Shown here: positions 39,668 to 49,326 of the stretch, piece after piece
How positions within the stretch are numbered: position 1 is the first letter of the stretch
Layout of the letters: each line of letters starts with the position of its first letter
Assembly (NCBI GenBank): GCA_963806225.1
Contig: CAWDXG010000001.1
Span: 416,001-480,000, forward strand
Source of the DNA: an uncultured delta proteobacterium
GTDB lineage: Bacteria > Myxococcota_A > Polyangia > Polyangiales > Polyangiaceae
Direction of reading: 5' to 3'
Length of the DNA: 64,000 nt
The notes under the pieces: generated by a model
The model's database searches: none
The model's input: the letters and a program-made list of their open reading frames with translations, nothing else
Told to the model about the DNA's origin: nothing
Made by a program: the position numbers and the translations under genes

Positions 39668-41554
39668 ATGTCCGGATACCGCAGCCGCACCTCGACCCAC
39701 GGTCGCAACATGGCCGGCGCGCGCGCGCTGTGGCGCGCGACCGGGATGAAGGACGCCGATTTCGAAAAGCCCATCGTCGCGATCGCCAACAGCTTCACGC
39801 AGTTCGTCCCCGGTCATGTGCACCTGCACGACGTCGGTCAGCGCGTGAAGAAGGTGATTGACGACGCTGGCGGCTGGGGCGTCGAGTTCAACACGATCGC
39901 GATCGACGACGGCATCGCGATGGGTCACGGCGGAATGCTCTATTCCCTGCCCAGCCGCGACCTCATCGCGGACAGCGTCGAGTACATGGTCAACGCCCAC
40001 TGCGCCGACGCGCTCGTGTGCATCTCCAATTGCGACAAGATCACCCCGGGCATGTTGATCGCTGCGATGCGCCTCGACATCCCCACTATCTTCGTCTCCG
40101 GCGGGCCCATGGAGGCGGGTAAGCTGGCCGGCACGCACGATCGCGAGGGCAAACCCCTGACACGCAAGCTGGATCTGATCGACTCGATGATCGCTTCCAG
40201 CGACGACAGCGTCAGCGACCAGGAGCTCGCGCGTATCGAGCGTTCGGCCTGCCCGACCTGCGGTTCCTGCTCGGGCATGTTCACGGCCAACAGCATGAAC
40301 TGCCTGAACGAGGCGCTGGGGCTCGCCCTGCCCGGCAACGGCACGCTGCTCGCCACGCATGCCCTGCGCTGGCAGCTGTTCGAGCAGGCCGGTCGGCGTA
40401 TCGTGGAGATGGCCAAGCGCCACTACCTGGAAGGGGAAGCGTCGTTGCTGCCGCGCGGTATCGCGACCTTCGAAGCCTTCGAGAACGCCATGGCGCTGGA
40501 TATCGCCATGGGCGGTTCGACCAACACCGTGCTGCACATCCTGGCGATCGCCCGCGAGGCGGGCGTCGACTTCAGGATGGAGCACATCGACCAGCTTTCT
40601 CGCAGGATCCCGAACATCTGCAAGGTCGCGCCGTCGTCGCACTACCACGTGGAGGACGTGCACCGCGCGGGGGGCATCTTCACGATCCTGGGAGAGCTCG
40701 ACCGCGCGGGACTGATCCACCGGGAGGCAGGGAGCGTCCACGCGGCGACGATGGGCGAGGCCATCGAAGAGCACGACATCCGTCGCGACACGGCGACCGA
40801 AGCGGCGAAGAGGCGTGCGCTGGCCGCGCCCGGCGGAGTGCCGACCCAGATTGCCTTCTCGCAGGACAAGTACTTCCCCGAGCCGGATCTCGATCGCGAG
40901 GGAGGCGCCGTGCGCAGCGTGGAGCACGCCTACAGCGCCGAGGGCGGGCTGGCCGTCCTGTACGGGAACATCGCGGCCGACGGCAGCATCGTGAAGACGG
41001 CCGGGGTGGACGAGAGCGTCTGGCGCTTCGAAGGGCCGGCGCGGGTCTTCGTTTCGCAGGAAGCTGCCTGCGATGCGATCCTCGCCGATCGTATCCAGCC
41101 GGGCGACGTGGTGTTCATCGTCTACGAAGGACCGAAGGGTGGCCCCGGCATGCAGGAGATGCTGTACCCGACCTCGTTCCTCAAGGGCAAAGGGCTCGGC
41201 AAGGCCTGCGCGCTCGTCACCGACGGTCGCTTCAGCGGCGGCACCTCCGGCCTCAGCATCGGGCACGTGTCGCCGGAGGCGGGGGAAGGCGGGAACATCG
41301 GGCTGGTCGAGGAAGGGGATCGCGTCCGCATCGACATCCCCGGGCGTCGCATCGACGTGCTGGTCGACGACGCGGAGCTCGGGCGCCGGCGCCAGGCGAT
41401 GGATGCGAGCGGCGACCGCGCCTGGAAGCCCGTCCGCGATCGCGTCGTGTCGCAGGCACTCCGCGCCTACGCGCTGATGACGACCAGCGCCGCGACCGGT
41501 GCGGCACGGGACATTGCCGCCCTGGAGCGGCTCGCCGAAAAGCGCGGGCGCTGA
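39668..41554 (+). CDS. ilvD: Dihydroxy-acid dehydratase
   Basis: [50 protein letters not shown]. Confidence 0.97.
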   Translation: MSGYRSRTSTHGRNMAGARALWRATGMKDADFEKPIVAIANSFTQFVPGHVHLHDVGQRVKKVIDDAGGWGVEFNTIAIDDGIAMGHGGMLYSLPSRDLIADSVEYMVNAHCADALVCISNCDKITPGMLIAAMRLDIPTIFVSGGPMEAGKLAGTHDREGKPLTRKLDLIDSMIASSDDSVSDQELARIERSACPTCGSCSGMFTANSMNCLNEALGLALPGNGTLLATHALRWQLFEQAGRRIVEMAKRHYLEGEASLLPRGIATFEAFENAMALDIAMGGSTNTVLHILAIAREAGVDFRMEHIDQLSRRIPNICKVAPSSHYHVEDVHRAGGIFTILGELDRAGLIHREAGSVHAATMGEAIEEHDIRRDTATEAAKRRALAAPGGVPTQIAFSQDKYFPEPDLDREGGAVRSVEHAYSAEGGLAVLYGNIAADGSIVKTAGVDESVWRFEGPARVFVSQEAACDAILADRIQPGDVVFIVYEGPKGGPGMQEMLYPTSFLKGKGLGKACALVTDGRFSGGTSGLSIGHVSPEAGEGGNIGLVEEGDRVRIDIPGRRIDVLVDDAELGRRRQAMDASGDRAWKPVRDRVVSQALRAYALMTTSAATGAARDIAALERLAEKRGR

Positions 41555-42511
41555 TCAGCGCACGGGGTTCTTGGCGAAGCGCTGGGCGAGCTCGTCGAGC
41601 GCGGCGCGCAGGGCAGGGGAGGCGCCGCTCTTCGCGGCCCGGATGAGCCCCGGCGTCGAGGAGTGATCGACGAGCAGGATCTCGGTGGCTGCCTTCGTGC
41701 GGAGCTCACCCGTATTCGCCACGAACGCCTGGACCAGCGCTCGCGCGGCCACGCCCCGGACCGCGTCGCCTTCGCTGGTCTTCGCAACGGCCGGCGTCTG
41801 CCAGGCCCAGGTGTTGCCCACGTTGCCGAGCTGGCGGATGACCGTGAGCTCGCGGGCGGCGCTGCTGGTGGTGGAGAGCCGGGCCAGAGCGCGCGCCGCG
41901 ACCAGGCGGCGGCATTCACCGAGCCCCGAGATCACGGCGTCCTGTTTCGCCCCCGGCGTCGTGGCCAGCTGCACCAGGCGCGCCGCGGAAGCGTCGTCGC
42001 CAAGCCGCCCGAGTGCGACCGCAGCGGCGCGCACGATGGCCGGCTCGCTGTTGTGCTCCAGCGCGGCGCGGAGCACCGGTTCCGAGCGGGCGTCGCGCAG
42101 CATGCCCACGGCCTCGATCAAGCCGACGCGCAGGTCGCGCCAGGTGTCCTTGGAGAGCGAGCCGCGCGCCGGCGCGTCGACGGCGAGCATCTCGAGCATC
42201 GGGAACAGCGCCGTCGGCCCCAGCGACTTGAGATACGGCGAGAGCACGATCGCGCGCCCGCGACGATGTCGCGCGAGCTTCTTTGCCAGGGCTGGAAGGC
42301 CGGAAAGCTTCTTGAACGCCTCCGGATGGGTGACGTGGGCCCTGGCGATGCTCCTGCCGAGCGCGTGGGCCGCCTTGGGAGCCAGCGCGCTATGCGCGTC
42401 GAGCACCACTCCGGCGGCCCTCGCCTCCGGCACGTGGACGAACGCTACGCAGAGCGCGACCAGCGAGCCGGCGAAAAGCCCGCGCGCGCCATGGAAATGC
42501 CGTCGTGTCAT
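41555..42511 (-). CDS. Exported HEAT-repeat protein
   Basis: Signal peptide ending ARA; HEAT-like repeats (VRAAAVALGRLGD); ATG overlaps the PAD stop (ATGA 42511-42508). Confidence 0.7.
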   Translation of the reverse strand: MTRRHFHGARGLFAGSLVALCVAFVHVPEARAAGVVLDAHSALAPKAAHALGRSIARAHVTHPEAFKKLSGLPALAKKLARHRRGRAIVLSPYLKSLGPTALFPMLEMLAVDAPARGSLSKDTWRDLRVGLIEAVGMLRDARSEPVLRAALEHNSEPAIVRAAAVALGRLGDDASAARLVQLATTPGAKQDAVISGLGECRRLVAARALARLSTTSSAARELTVIRQLGNVGNTWAWQTPAVAKTSEGDAVRGVAARALVQAFVANTGELRTKAATEILLVDHSSTPGLIRAAKSGASPALRAALDELAQRFAKNPVR

Positions 42512-44445
42512 CGTCCCGTCTCCCACCAGTTGGTCGCCGGCGGCGTCCGGAGGGCATTGCTTCCGCAGTGCACCTCGCCGTCCAGGCGGTGGTAAAGCCC
42601 CCAGTCCTCGATGAAGTGCACGTTGATGCCGTGCGCCTTGAAGGTCTGGGTCATCTCGTCGGCAAAGATGTCCTTGCCGTCTATCACCGGGCCATGCGGC
42701 GCCGGAGGGCCGAAATCCGAGTCGCCCAGCACGATGCCGTTCACCGTGCCCGGCTGGTAGGCTACCTCGTAGCCCTGCGTCTTCTGGTGCAGGAACGGCA
42801 CGCGGATGATTTCGCTGTCCGTGATGCCCGTCTCCTTCTTCAGCGTCGCGAGCTGGGAGTCGATCTCCGTGGCTGCTTCAGCGCTGGAGGACATCACCTC
42901 GGTGTCCGCCAGCACCTGATCGATCGTGATGTCGGCCGCCACGTTGTTGTAGTTCTGGTCCAGCCAGTACTCGCCCTGGAACATCACCGCGTCGCCGTGC
43001 CCGGCGGCGGAAGCGTCCTCCAGCATCTTCTTCGCGAGCGCCGGGTCGTTGATGACGAGCGCCCAGCCGCGCGGCGTGTTCGCCTTGACGAAGCTGACCG
43101 TCTCGTCCACGTGCCCGACCAGCAGCCACGAGGTATCGATGTCGACGCGCGGCTGCATCGCCTGCGCGTCGATCATCTTCTCGAAGGTCGGGTCCGGCGC
43201 GAAGCTCGGCACGCTGCCGCGGAACACCCGCCCGAGCGGGTAGCTCTTGCCGCCGAAATCGTAGGGCGGAATCGTTTCCAGGTTGCCGAAGGAGTTCAGC
43301 GAGTCCGAGCTCTGGTCGTGCTTGATGTCGAACTGCTGGATGCCCGCCATGTCCTTGCCGCGGAACTGCGTGAACACCACGCGCCCGGCGGGCCTGAGCG
43401 GGTTGTCGGGCTTGGTCGGGCTGAACACGTTCGCCGATCGGTAGAACGTGCGGATGATGTGCGGCTTGTCGCCCGGCCCCGGCATGCTCATGCTGCCGGT
43501 CTCGAAGTAGTCCTGCGTCCACTGGTCGCCGTCCGGAGGGTTCACCTCCACCAACGGCTGCGACACGCCGGCCTGCTGCGCCGCCTGGCTCAACTGCTGG
43601 CGGAATATCGTGGAATCCAGGTCGCCCGGCACGTTGGTCGCGTACACCTGCTCGGGAGCATCCAGGTTCGTGCTGGTGATGACCGGTGCGACGCGCATGC
43701 GGACCACGTCGCTCTGGTCGATCTGCTCCGCTGGAGCCGTCACGTGAAGGGTCACGTCGACGTAGCCGTCCCAGACCGCCGGGTCGCGCACGATGTCGCG
43801 CGCCTCGATGCGGAGGTCCAGCCCCTTCCTCAGTGACGCGGCGGGCAGGGCGTCGCCCGTTGCGAGCACCTTGTAGTTCTTGCCGCTGCCGTCTCCGGCG
43901 AAGAGCCGCACGTGGTCCTTGGCCGGAGCGGACAGCTCGATGTGCCCCACGGCGTCGTCGGGTGCGTCCGGGTACGGGACGCTCTTCAGCGGCGCGAGGT
44001 CGAGCAGGTCGTCCGCTCCGTTGATCACCTCGTCGGCGGCGTCGTTACATTTGGCCAGCTCGATGTCGGAGAGGTCCTTGCCCTGCGCGTCCTTCGTCGG
44101 GCACTTGTGCTGGTCGTCGTCGATGTTGGCGAGGAAGATCGCGCCGTGCTTCTCGTCCCACGTGTCCTCGCCCTGGTCCTCCGTCGGATCGTCGAGGTCC
44201 ACCGTCCCGTTGCGATTCACGTCGGCTCGCAGATCGACGATCGCCTGCGCGCCGCTGCCGCCGGACCCGGCAGCTCCGCCAGCTGCGCCTCCGCTGCCGC
44301 CGCCCTGGTCGCTCGAGCTGCAGGCGCTCGCCAGCACAAGAACGCCGAGGCCGGCCAGGACGCCGCCGCGCGCCAGAAGGGGCCACACGTGCGCGCCGGT
44401 TCGCGCCTCGGAATCCGGATTCGGTGCGGTACGCCAGATCATCAC
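42508..44445 (-). CDS. Protein-arginine deiminase (animal PAD-like), lipoprotein
   Basis: GAIFLANIDDD, DQWTQD, SFGNLE, WLLVGHVDE, GEVHCGSN; lipobox LASAC; start uncertain. Confidence 0.9.
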   Translation of the reverse strand: MMIWRTAPNPDSEARTGAHVWPLLARGGVLAGLGVLVLASACSSSDQGGGSGGAAGGAAGSGGSGAQAIVDLRADVNRNGTVDLDDPTEDQGEDTWDEKHGAIFLANIDDDQHKCPTKDAQGKDLSDIELAKCNDAADEVINGADDLLDLAPLKSVPYPDAPDDAVGHIELSAPAKDHVRLFAGDGSGKNYKVLATGDALPAASLRKGLDLRIEARDIVRDPAVWDGYVDVTLHVTAPAEQIDQSDVVRMRVAPVITSTNLDAPEQVYATNVPGDLDSTIFRQQLSQAAQQAGVSQPLVEVNPPDGDQWTQDYFETGSMSMPGPGDKPHIIRTFYRSANVFSPTKPDNPLRPAGRVVFTQFRGKDMAGIQQFDIKHDQSSDSLNSFGNLETIPPYDFGGKSYPLGRVFRGSVPSFAPDPTFEKMIDAQAMQPRVDIDTSWLLVGHVDETVSFVKANTPRGWALVINDPALAKKMLEDASAAGHGDAVMFQGEYWLDQNYNNVAADITIDQVLADTEVMSSSAEAATEIDSQLATLKKETGITDSEIIRVPFLHQKTQGYEVAYQPGTVNGIVLGDSDFGPPAPHGPVIDGKDIFADEMTQTFKAHGINVHFIEDWGLYHRLDGEVHCGSNALRTPPATNWWETGR

Positions 44446-44578
44446 CGGGCCTCGCAGGATAACGCGCGAATCCGGGAAAGCCGGAGCTTGGCGCGCGGGG
44501 GAGGATACAGGCTGGCGCGTGTAGCATGGATCCGCCAGCCCCGGGGACTCGATCGGGACCAGGCGGATTCCCCGAGGA

Positions 44579-46945
44579 CTATTCGCGCGTCTTCAGCGCG
44601 CCGATCAAGTCGAGCCGGTCGAGGTGCCGGCGCACGAGCAGCGCGCTGCCCAGCGCCGCAACGAAGGTGATCAGGACGGCGCTGGCGTAGGTCTTGAGCG
44701 AAATCACCACCGGTAGGCGGAAGCGTTCGGGGTCGATCGTGCCCGCGATGCCGTGTGACATCCACGTGCCCACCAAGAGCCCGATCGGGATGGCCAGCAC
44801 GACCTGTACCGCCATCTCGCCAAGCAGGATGGCCGAGATTTCCGCGCGCGTGAAACCCAGCACCCGCAGGCTGGCCAGATCACGGCTGCGGATGGACACG
44901 GCGACGCGCGCGTTGTTGTACACGACGCCGACCGCGATGGTGGCTGCGAACAACGTCAGGATCAGCGTCATGAAGACGACGGTCTCGTCCATCTGCTTCT
45001 GGATGCTGGCGACCGCGGCCTCCTTGCTGCTCACGCTGGCAACGCGCGGCATCTGTTGCAGGCGGTCCTCGACGTTCTCGAGGCGCGACGGATCGACCCG
45101 GAGTGCCACGCTGGAGACGGCCGGTTCTTCATCGAACAGCCGGGAGAGCGCGGAAAGGCGCATGTGTCCTTGCAGGCCGAACATCTCGTCGACCAGACCG
45201 CTGACGTGCACGCGGTAGTGCTCGCGGTTGCCCTCGCGCTTCTCGATGGTGACGGAGTCGCCCGGGTGGATCCCGAGCAGCTCTCCGAGCTTCTTCGTGA
45301 GTAGCACGCCGTCCGCTGGCAGCGGCGCGACCCGACCGTGGCTGTCGAGCACGCGCCGGAGCTCGATCCCGTCCGGATAGCCGTTGATGACCGCATCGCG
45401 CGCCAGGTGTCCGGCGCGGATCCGCACCGGAACCGAGCGCAGGCCCTCGGCACGCTCCACGCCGGGCAGCATCGCGATCTCGTGCACTACGCGTTGGGGT
45501 ACCGGGTCGGTGAAATCGGCGGAGAGGTTGTCGCGCATGGCGTGCCGGAACTGGACGTCCAGCAGGTAGTCGACCGCGTCGACGTTGAAGCGGCCGACCA
45601 CGAGGATGCCCACGGCCATGGCAATGCCGAGTGCGGAAAGCAGCGTGCGCAGCGGGCGCCGCTCGATCTCGCGCAGGATCATGCGCTCGGTCGGCCCTAC
45701 CAGCCGGTGCAGGCCGATCCGCTCGAGCAGCGTGCGGTGGTAGGTGCCCGGAGGCGGGGGTTGCATCGCTTCCGCGGGCGGCAGCGAGGCGACGTGGCGC
45801 ACGGAGGCCATGGCCCCGACCACGCCCGCCGCGAGGCTGATCGCGGTCGCGGCCGCGGCCGTGTGGGGTTCGAGCCGGTAGCTGAGCGCCGGGAATCCGA
45901 AGACCGACGCGTACAGTCCGGTCAATAGTGTGCCCAGCCAGGCCCCGAGCGCGATCCCCAGTGTCGAGCCGAACAGCACGATCACGCTCACCATCAAGAG
46001 GTAGTGCAGCCCCACGGCCGCGTTCGAGTAGCCGAGGGCCTTGAGTGACGCGATCTGGCTGCGCTGCAGATGCACCAGGCGGGCCAGCACGACGTTCAGG
46101 ACGAAGGCGGCAACGCCGAGGAAAATCAGCGGGACCACCGTGGCCATGCTCTCGAGCTGCTGCATCTCGCCGTTGAGGATGTACTCGGACATCTGCTTGT
46201 CACGACCGATTGCGCCGAACGTGCCGTAGGGCTCGAGCAGGCGGTCCAGCCTGTCGAGCACCTCGGCCCGGGACGCGCCGGGCTGCAGACGCAGCACCAC
46301 GTCGTTGAAGGCTCCTTCCATCTGGAAGGCAGGCGCGACAGCCTTCCTGTCCATCCAGATCGCCGCGAACCGCGACTCGTCCATGCCAAGGCCCGACGGG
46401 GGCACGTAGTAGATGAACTCCGGAGACGCCGCCGTTCCCACGATCCGGAGCCTGCGCAGCGTGCCGTTGATCACGACCGGAAGCCGGTCGCCGGGGCCGA
46501 GGTGGTGGTTCTTCGCGAATTTCTCGAGCAGCAGGACCTCGTCGGGGTGCCCCGCCTCGGGCATGCGCCCCGAGCGCAAGTGGACGGCGTCGAGCGGTTC
46601 CTCCTGGCCCGCCCGGATCGACACGATCTGTCCGATAGGAGGCTGCTCCGCGTCGCCGAGGGGCAGGCGTACGTTCTCGACCACCCGCGTGTAGACCTGC
46701 GCGACGCCAGGGAGCGCCTCGATCCGCTCGCGGACCGACTCGGGGGCGCGCTTGAGGTGGACGAACACGTCGCCGAAGCGATAGTCGCGGTAGTAGCTCA
46801 CCTTGGAGAGCTGGAGCGAGCTCCAGGTGCTCTGCAGGGCGACGTAGCTTGCAACTCCGGCTGCCACGATCAGCGCGATCGTGATGACCTGGCCCCGGAG
46901 TAGCGCCAGGTCGCGCAGGAGCTTGCGATGGATCGCCGCGACCAT
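44579..46945 (-). CDS. ABC transporter permease, double MacB/FtsX type
   Basis: RKLLRDL..GQ, IASLKALGYS, LASLRVLGFTRAEI, LDLIGALKTRE. Confidence 0.9.
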   Translation of the reverse strand: MVAAIHRKLLRDLALLRGQVITIALIVAAGVASYVALQSTWSSLQLSKVSYYRDYRFGDVFVHLKRAPESVRERIEALPGVAQVYTRVVENVRLPLGDAEQPPIGQIVSIRAGQEEPLDAVHLRSGRMPEAGHPDEVLLLEKFAKNHHLGPGDRLPVVINGTLRRLRIVGTAASPEFIYYVPPSGLGMDESRFAAIWMDRKAVAPAFQMEGAFNDVVLRLQPGASRAEVLDRLDRLLEPYGTFGAIGRDKQMSEYILNGEMQQLESMATVVPLIFLGVAAFVLNVVLARLVHLQRSQIASLKALGYSNAAVGLHYLLMVSVIVLFGSTLGIALGAWLGTLLTGLYASVFGFPALSYRLEPHTAAAATAISLAAGVVGAMASVRHVASLPPAEAMQPPPPGTYHRTLLERIGLHRLVGPTERMILREIERRPLRTLLSALGIAMAVGILVVGRFNVDAVDYLLDVQFRHAMRDNLSADFTDPVPQRVVHEIAMLPGVERAEGLRSVPVRIRAGHLARDAVINGYPDGIELRRVLDSHGRVAPLPADGVLLTKKLGELLGIHPGDSVTIEKREGNREHYRVHVSGLVDEMFGLQGHMRLSALSRLFDEEPAVSSVALRVDPSRLENVEDRLQQMPRVASVSSKEAAVASIQKQMDETVVFMTLILTLFAATIAVGVVYNNARVAVSIRSRDLASLRVLGFTRAEISAILLGEMAVQVVLAIPIGLLVGTWMSHGIAGTIDPERFRLPVVISLKTYASAVLITFVAALGSALLVRRHLDRLDLIGALKTRE

Positions 46946-46960
46946 CCGGCAAGGCTGCCA

Positions 46961-46976
46961 CGCAGTTTCCATGCCT
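46961..46976 (-). promoter_or_regulatory. Possible sigma54 -24/-12 promoter of ABC permease
   Basis: AGGCAT-GGAAA-CTGC (GG-N10-GC) 16 nt above ATG 46945. Confidence 0.4.
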
Positions 46977-47429
46977 GGGGGAAGGCGGCGCGCCCGGGGC
47001 TGATCGGCGAGGCCCCGGGGAGCTTCCGCGGCGGACGGCTCGCAGCACTTGCGCGTGGTGGGCACCGGGCGCAGGTCTTGCCGACCTGGGCGAGGGCCCC
47101 GCGCCTCTGGATCAACCCGACCTGAGGGCGCGCGCCTCGTCACCGCACGCCCAGGTCACGCAGGCGCGCTGGGCGACCACCAGCACGTGCCCCAGCGAGC
47201 CCTCGAGGGTCGAGACAAGGCGCCGGCCCCGCTTGCCGGAGCGGTACAGCTCGAGGCGCCAGAGATGGGGGCCGAGGCGCTGGAGGGTGAGCTCTGTCAC
47301 CCCCACTTGTCGGTCGGTCCCGGCGCCGGTTGCGTTGATCCTGCGCGCCTGTCCAGGGGCCCGGTGGGGGAACAGCCCTGGCCGACCGAGCGTTCGAGCC
47401 GATGTGCAATCCATGGCAGGCTCGACCAC

Positions 47430-47648
47430 ATGAGCTTCGACCCGGCCACGCTCCTCATGTCGCTGCTGGTCAGCTCGGTGGGATTCGTGCTGCTCGTCTA
47501 CGGGAAGAAGCAGGCGCGCGTGCCGCACCTTGCGGTCGGCATCGTGCTCGTGATCTATCCGTTCTTCATCAAGAGCGCGCTCTTGATGGCGCTGATCGGA
47601 GCGGCGCTGATCGGCCTGTTGATCGGCGCGGTCCGGCTTGGCTGGTAG
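47430..47648 (+). CDS. Small conserved membrane protein (72 aa)
   Basis: MSFDPATLL..SSVGFVLLVYGKKQ..YPFF, three hydrophobic segments. Confidence 0.75.
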   Translation: MSFDPATLLMSLLVSSVGFVLLVYGKKQARVPHLAVGIVLVIYPFFIKSALLMALIGAALIGLLIGAVRLGW

Positions 47649-47663
47649 CGCCGGGCCCCCGGT

Positions 47664-48554
47664 CTAGAACAGACCGGTCAGTGCGAGTCCGGTGCCGTCG
47701 CTGCCTGGCCGCACGACGCCGATCCAGACCGGAGGTCGCCCGGTGCGCAGTCGATGCAGTGCGGGGACCAGCGTGCCGATGCCTCCGCCTACCGCGGCTC
47801 CGGCGAGCACGTCGGTGGGGAAATGGGCTGCAGCCCGCACGCGCTCGTAGCCGACGAAGCCCGTCAGTAGCGTCCCCGCGATCAGCGTGATCCAGCCACG
47901 CGTGCTGCTGCGGGAGCGCGCGAACGCCAGGTACGTCGCCGTGGCGGACAGCGCGGCCGTCTCCGCGGTGTGCCCAGAGAAGAACGAAAGCGAGCTGTCG
48001 GTGCCGGGGTTGGCCGGATAGGGTTTTCCCTGTGCGGCGAGCTGATCGCGCTCGCGGTAGGTCCTCGGCCGCGGCCGGCGGACCGCGATCTTGACCAGAT
48101 TGGCGGTCGCGAAGGTGATGCCGGCGCTCTCCGCATACAGGATCCCGTCGAGCAGCGCTGCCTTCCGGCCGTCGGAGAAGCCGGTGAAGATCGTGTCGCC
48201 CAGCGCATACGCGCCGGCCACACCCACGCCGATCCCGGAAATCGTGGAGGCGTGCGGATCCACCGACTGCGTGACCGCCACGCGATCGAACGACAGCAGG
48301 CGATCGGTACTGCCCGGCGCCTGCGGATCGAGTTCTCCCGTCGAGATAACCGCCTGGGAGAGCGCGCCGAATCCGAGGCTGAGGCCGAGGGTGGCGATGT
48401 CGGTGACCGGATCGGCCTTGAAGCGGGCGGTGTCGCGCGCGGTCGGCGCCGCGTCTGGCGTCGCGCGCGGTGGCTCCGCGCGGGCCGTGAAGCCGGCCGA
48501 AAGAAGGCTCGAGAACGCGGCGGCGGCCAGACCCCTTGGACCCGGGTGAAGCAT
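47664..48554 (-). CDS. PAP2-family phosphatase
   Basis: KIAVRRPRP, SFFSGH, RVRAAAHFPTDV (C1-C3 motifs). Confidence 0.9.
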   Translation of the reverse strand: MLHPGPRGLAAAAFSSLLSAGFTARAEPPRATPDAAPTARDTARFKADPVTDIATLGLSLGFGALSQAVISTGELDPQAPGSTDRLLSFDRVAVTQSVDPHASTISGIGVGVAGAYALGDTIFTGFSDGRKAALLDGILYAESAGITFATANLVKIAVRRPRPRTYRERDQLAAQGKPYPANPGTDSSLSFFSGHTAETAALSATATYLAFARSRSSTRGWITLIAGTLLTGFVGYERVRAAAHFPTDVLAGAAVGGGIGTLVPALHRLRTGRPPVWIGVVRPGSDGTGLALTGLF

Positions 48555-48596
48555 CGACTCACTTGTTCGCGAGCCGGAAGCTGCTGTCAACCAGCT

Positions 48597-48935
48597 CTAG
48601 CGCGCCCAGGCCGGTTCGACGGCGATCCCCACCGAGTCGATCACGTCGCCCTGGTCCCGGGCGTTGTTGTTTTCGCCGTCCGTGCCGCTCGTGTGGATCG
48701 TGCGCATGGCGAGTTGGGCCAGCGCCAGCGCCGGGTTTTCCAGCTCTGTCCGACGGCCCCGGAGCACGACCGTCACCTGGACGGTGTCGTCCTCCTCGCC
48801 TCCGGAATCGTCCGTACAACCTCGGGCCGGTTCGTCGGGAACTTCGAACTCGGCGAAGCACTCGGACGGATCAACCTGGGGAGCGCGCGTCGCGGAATTG
48901 TCGGGCCGCTCGCGCATCCTGATGGCGACTCTCAT
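48597..48935 (-). CDS. Small acidic hypothetical protein behind a sigma54 promoter
   Basis: GAGGAG RBS upstream of ATG 48935; 112 aa; no recognised domain. Confidence 0.5.
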   Translation of the reverse strand: MRVAIRMRERPDNSATRAPQVDPSECFAEFEVPDEPARGCTDDSGGEEDDTVQVTVVLRGRRTELENPALALAQLAMRTIHTSGTDGENNNARDQGDVIDSVGIAVEPAWAR

Positions 48936-49003
48936 CGACTGTTTGCTCCTCTTGCCGGGTGTGGGTCGGTGGGGTGCCCCTGGCGTCCCCGGAGCCTGGC
49001 CTT

Positions 49004-49019
49004 TGCAGTCTCCGTACCA
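49004..49019 (-). promoter_or_regulatory. sigma54 -24/-12 promoter
   Basis: TGGTAC-GGAGA-CTGCA on the minus strand (GG-N10-GC). Confidence 0.65.
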
Positions 49020-49232
49020 ACCCAGGGCCCTGGAGCCCCGGACGCGCCACAGTGCTGCGTTTTCGCGCTCATGGCGATCACCGGGAGCCCTGGGCGCAGC
49101 GGGAGCGAGCGCGCAGCGTGGCAGGATTCCACGCAGCGGCTGCGCCGAGGGGCTGTCGACCTCGATTCCAGGGCGCGGAACTGCGGCCTTGGCGGCGGTT
49201 GGGGCGCATCTGGGGCCGGACCGCCCCCAAGC

Positions 49233-49323
49233 GTGGGGAAATGCCACGTATTCCGTGGCGATTCTGTGCCTTGGGCTGCTAGGCGCGTGACAAATTGCCG
49301 CGAGTGGCGTGGCAATTTGCCAC
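49233..49323. promoter_or_regulatory. Array of 15-bp palindromic enhancer boxes
   Basis: GTGGGGAAATGCCAC 49233, GTGGCGATTCTGTGC 49255, GTGACAAATTGCCGC 49287, perfect GTGGCAATTTGCCAC 49309. Confidence 0.65.
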
Positions 49324-49326
49324 GCA

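Noticed and set aside
47112..47400. Small minus-strand ORF (..LWRLELYRSGKRGRRLV..)
   Set aside because: Partly protein-like but no clear start, RBS or recognisable family; left uncalled
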